Assembly (NCBI GenBank): GCA_002269645.1
Contig: NIVC01000152.1
Span: 124,001-188,000 of the forward strand
DNA from: Macrostomum lignano
Taxonomy: Eukaryota
DNA: 64,000 bases
Direction: 5' to 3'
Below are positions 60,713-64,000 of this stretch, in pieces (positions within the stretch are counted from its first letter, which is position 1; each line of letters begins with the position of its first letter). A program made the position numbers and the translations under genes. The notes beneath the pieces are model-generated. The model had not been told where the DNA came from. It made no database searches and saw only the letters and a list, made by a program, of their open reading frames with translations.

Positions 60713-61461
60713 TGGCACTGCGGCATGTGAACGCCCTGGGCCTGAATCAGCTGATGCTGATGCTGCTGCTGATGATGATGCGGCGTGCGGTCCCGCTGAC
60801 GCCGGTTCTTGAACCAGTTGCTGACCTGCGTCATGGTCAGGCCAGTGGAACTGGCCAACTGCTTCTTCTCCTCGGGAGTCGGATAACGATTCTGCTTGTA
60901 GCACTCTTTCAGAGCTTGACGCGACTTCTCCTTGAAGCAGTAGATCGTCTCCTCGCCGTCCCAGATGGTCTTTGGCAGGGGATATTTACGACGTAGGCGA
61001 TACTTATCGACTGCACCGAGCGGGCGGCCGCGTATTTTCTGCGCCTCGATGTAGTGAGCCTTGTACCACATCTGCTGCAGGTAGGGGTGGCTGGCAGGCT
61101 GGAACTGGTAGCCCTCCAGCACTTTGTACAGCTCGGTGAATGAGCTGTTGTGGAACGCCACGGCGGCTCGGGCCTTCTGCACCGATTCAGAGTGCATGAT
61201 GGCCTCGTCTGCGGCCGGCAGGGAAGCGAGGAACATGCCAAGCCGGTGCATGTCGCCACGATGGATCAGGGCCTCGCAGACGCAGGCCGCCTGGTCAGGT
61301 GTGAACAGCATCATAGCCCGCCGCTCCGTCAACTCGGATTTCACCATGCCGGCGGAGGCGGAGGTGGAGGCGGAGACCGCGAATCTCTGCTGCTGCTGCT
61401 CCGGCGACGTAGGGGAATCTTCGACGTCCATCGATTCGGGCAGATGCGATTCGACCGACAT
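60713..61461 (-). CDS. SIX4: Six4/5-class homeobox protein, exon 1 (SIX domain + homeodomain)
   Basis: [61 protein letters not shown]; ETIY fits the Six4/5 ETVY class; donor CA|GTGAGT. Confidence 0.93.
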
Positions 61462-62761
61462 TAGTTGCTTGGATTTTATATGAGATTGAGAAAATTAGTT
61501 CGGTTAGAAACTGTTAGTTTTTTTTCTTGGTTTGTTGAATTTGGCCAGCGAAATTCGAGATTTAATATTCGTTTTTTAGATCGCTCGCCGTGGCAGGTCG
61601 CCTCGCCCAATGGCAGGCAGCCTGAGGACTCTGGAGGACCGGGGGCGGGGTTCGCCGAGGGCCAATCGCTGGCGCTCTAGGGACAGGTGGATTGAAGATG
61701 CTTCCATTTTTTCCAACTCAATGCGTCAGTCTGCGAGACCCTCTCTTCTCAGAGTCTTCGCCGTAATGAAGGCTTTTCATCATAATTATGGAGGTGATAA
61801 TAAGATCAGCCTCTTGGGGCCAATTTTTTTCAAGTTTCATTTGAATGATTCATTTTGGCGGGTAGGCTGGCATTGTCAGAAGCGCGCGCAGTCACAACAG
61901 CGCAATGGCAGATTTTGATAAACGCGATAAGCTACAGGCATTTTGTCAAATGCATTTTCTCAAAGTCATCTTTTCGATTGTCGATCTCTTACATGTACAT
62001 GTAGAAGTCAGAAAATAGTTTTATCTTTTTCAAAGACATTTATTTGATTAAATTCTATTTTTAGAACTCAGCCTCTCGCCGGTTGTGTGACAATGTCGCT
62101 TAAGGGGTATATGACTTTTTAACGGATTTTAATAATAAACTATTTCTAACAATCCAATTGATTGATTATTATGTACTAGAGCTTCAACAGCAGACAAAGT
62201 TATGTAAAGTTTAGTTAGTAGCTAAAAGACCTGCAGGAGATAGGTGGGTTGTTTTTCTGCAGGCTCCAGCTTTACAACATTAGCAATGGAAACGAATTTC
62301 GTCGACCAAAATAAAAAAATTGCCTTTTTGCTGGATTTCGCTTTGGCCAGCGGGAGCCTCGCATGCAGCATTTTCTTGGTAATTTGAGGCGCATTATCGG
62401 CGGCTGCATTCGACTAAGGAAAGGAGGAGGCGAGGAAAAAAATAAGAAAAATTAACCTCTCCCAATGCAGCCTCCACCTGAGGTTCCCTGCAGTCTGGCG
62501 CCTCAGCCAAAAGCAGCAGAGCGCTGCGGTGAATTATTTTTTTTCAATTGGCACAGCTGTTTGCTTGTCAGGCGGCGTGCGTCAAAGAGCGTTGGAGAAT
62601 AATTTCTTTGAGAATAATCTGCGCCATTTGTGGATGCCGGCGTGGCGTCCGCTTATCAAGGACTGTCTGTGATGTGCTGGTTGGCTGTCATCTTCTTGAT
62701 CCGACACCTTGTGCAATCTGCAACCGAAAATTCAGCCCCACCTGAAACATTCAGTGCGCCC

Positions 62762-63440
62762 ACCCTGAGCACTCACCCTGAGCACTCACCCTGAGCACTC
62801 ACCCTGAGCACTCACCCTGAACACTCACCCTGAACACTCACCCTGAACACTCACACTGAACACTCACCCTGAACACTCACCCTGAACACTCATCCTGAAC
62901 ACTCACCCTGAATACTCACCCTGAACACTCATCCTGAACACTCACCCTGAACACTCACCCTGAACACTCACCCTGAACACTCACCCTGAACACTCATCCT
63001 GAACACTCATCCTGAACACTCACCCTGAACACTCACCCTGAACACTCACCCTGAACACTCACCCTGAACACTCACCCTGAACACTCACCCTGAACACTCA
63101 CCCTGAACACTCACCCTGAACACTCACCCTGAACACTCACCCTGAACACTCACCCTGAACACTCATCCTGAACACTCATCCTGAACACTCACCCTGAACA
63201 CTCACCCTGAACACTCACCCTGAACACTCACCCTGAACACTCACCCTGAACACTCACCCTGAACACTCACCCTGAACACTCATCCTGAACACTCATCCTG
63301 AACACTCACCCTGAACACTCACCCTGAACACTCACCCTGAACACTCACCCTGAACACTCATCCTGAACACTCATCCTGAACACTCACCCTGAATACTCAC
63401 CGTGAACACTCACCCTGAACACTCACACTGAACACTCCCC
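62762..63440. repeat. 13-bp minisatellite (CCCTGAACACTCA), about 52 copies, upstream of Six4/5
   Basis: Direct reading. Confidence 0.96.
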
Positions 63441-64000
63441 TGAGACACCTTCCTTCGTTGGACTTAATGGGGTGAGGCAAGCATTTTCGCACATCCGCCC
63501 ACCGCAGGCCGTAGTGCTTGCCACTTTGGTTACTGTTCCAAATTATTTTTAGTTGCCATGCAAGCAACGGACTCGAACGTCACACCTCCCCGAATCAAAG
63601 AGAGTTGCCAAGGCCAGGTGCATCCGATGCCACTCTGACAGCAGTAGGCGAATAGGTGCTGGAAAAACACCTTTCAAATTCGAAAATGGGTTCGAAATCG
63701 GGGTCTGAGTATTAAGGGTTTGGCTGGACAGTCCCACGTGTTGCCTCTGATCCTCCTGTCCCCATAATTAGTGAATTAGCGAACGAATATTAGAGTGGCA
63801 CCTGTACGCTCGAGTTCGAACAAACTTCAGTCTCTATACCCGGTTCATTGCCGCCAAGATTTCATAGAGCGATAGTGCAGCGCCCAGATGCTGAGATGAC
63901 AGAAGGAAGAAAAATAATTTTAATCATCCCCGTTTTTTAGACAATAAAATTTCAATGGGGTTTCAAAATGATAGCAGCTGGTGCTGTGCTCTGCTGATTA

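Noticed and set aside
60071-60996. Plus-strand ORFs and minus ORF 60596..60904 around Six4/5
   Set aside because: Antisense or off-frame shadows of GC-rich exon 1 and the intron; no phase-compatible extra exon found.

Overview
Eukaryotic (animal) genomic DNA. Short GT-AG introns filled with private minisatellites plus large tandem arrays resemble the flatworm Macrostomum lignano, but that organism call is an inference. Host genes: C-terminus of a DEG/ENaC channel (+, window edge), RUFY RUN-FYVE protein (-, 4 exons), CIMIP1/C20orf85 ciliary protein (+, 3 exons), mitochondrial-type GTP-PEPCK (-, 3 exons), GT7 beta-1,4-Gal/GalNAc-transferase (-, 3 exons) and a Six4/5 homeobox gene (-, 2 exons). 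Between RUFY and CIMIP1 lies a 15.1-kb nested element (7469-22582). The outer layer is a Mutator-like foldback transposon with TIRs built from 183-bp tandem repeats, a 9-bp TSD, and a spliced transposase-Ulp1 protease-PHD gene. Inside it is a Gypsy LTR element with a tRNA-Gln PBS whose Gag carries a cold-shock domain after the zinc knuckle. A 3.08-kb duplication has removed the Gypsy RNase H/integrase and fused its protease-RT frame in frame to the Ulp1-PHD exons. A related solo LTR sits in CIMIP1 intron 2. A 17.2-kb satellite of a 23-bp TTTAGGG-containing monomer with higher-order structure fills 32.9-50.2 kb. All calls are from manual reading and motif recall; no database search was run.
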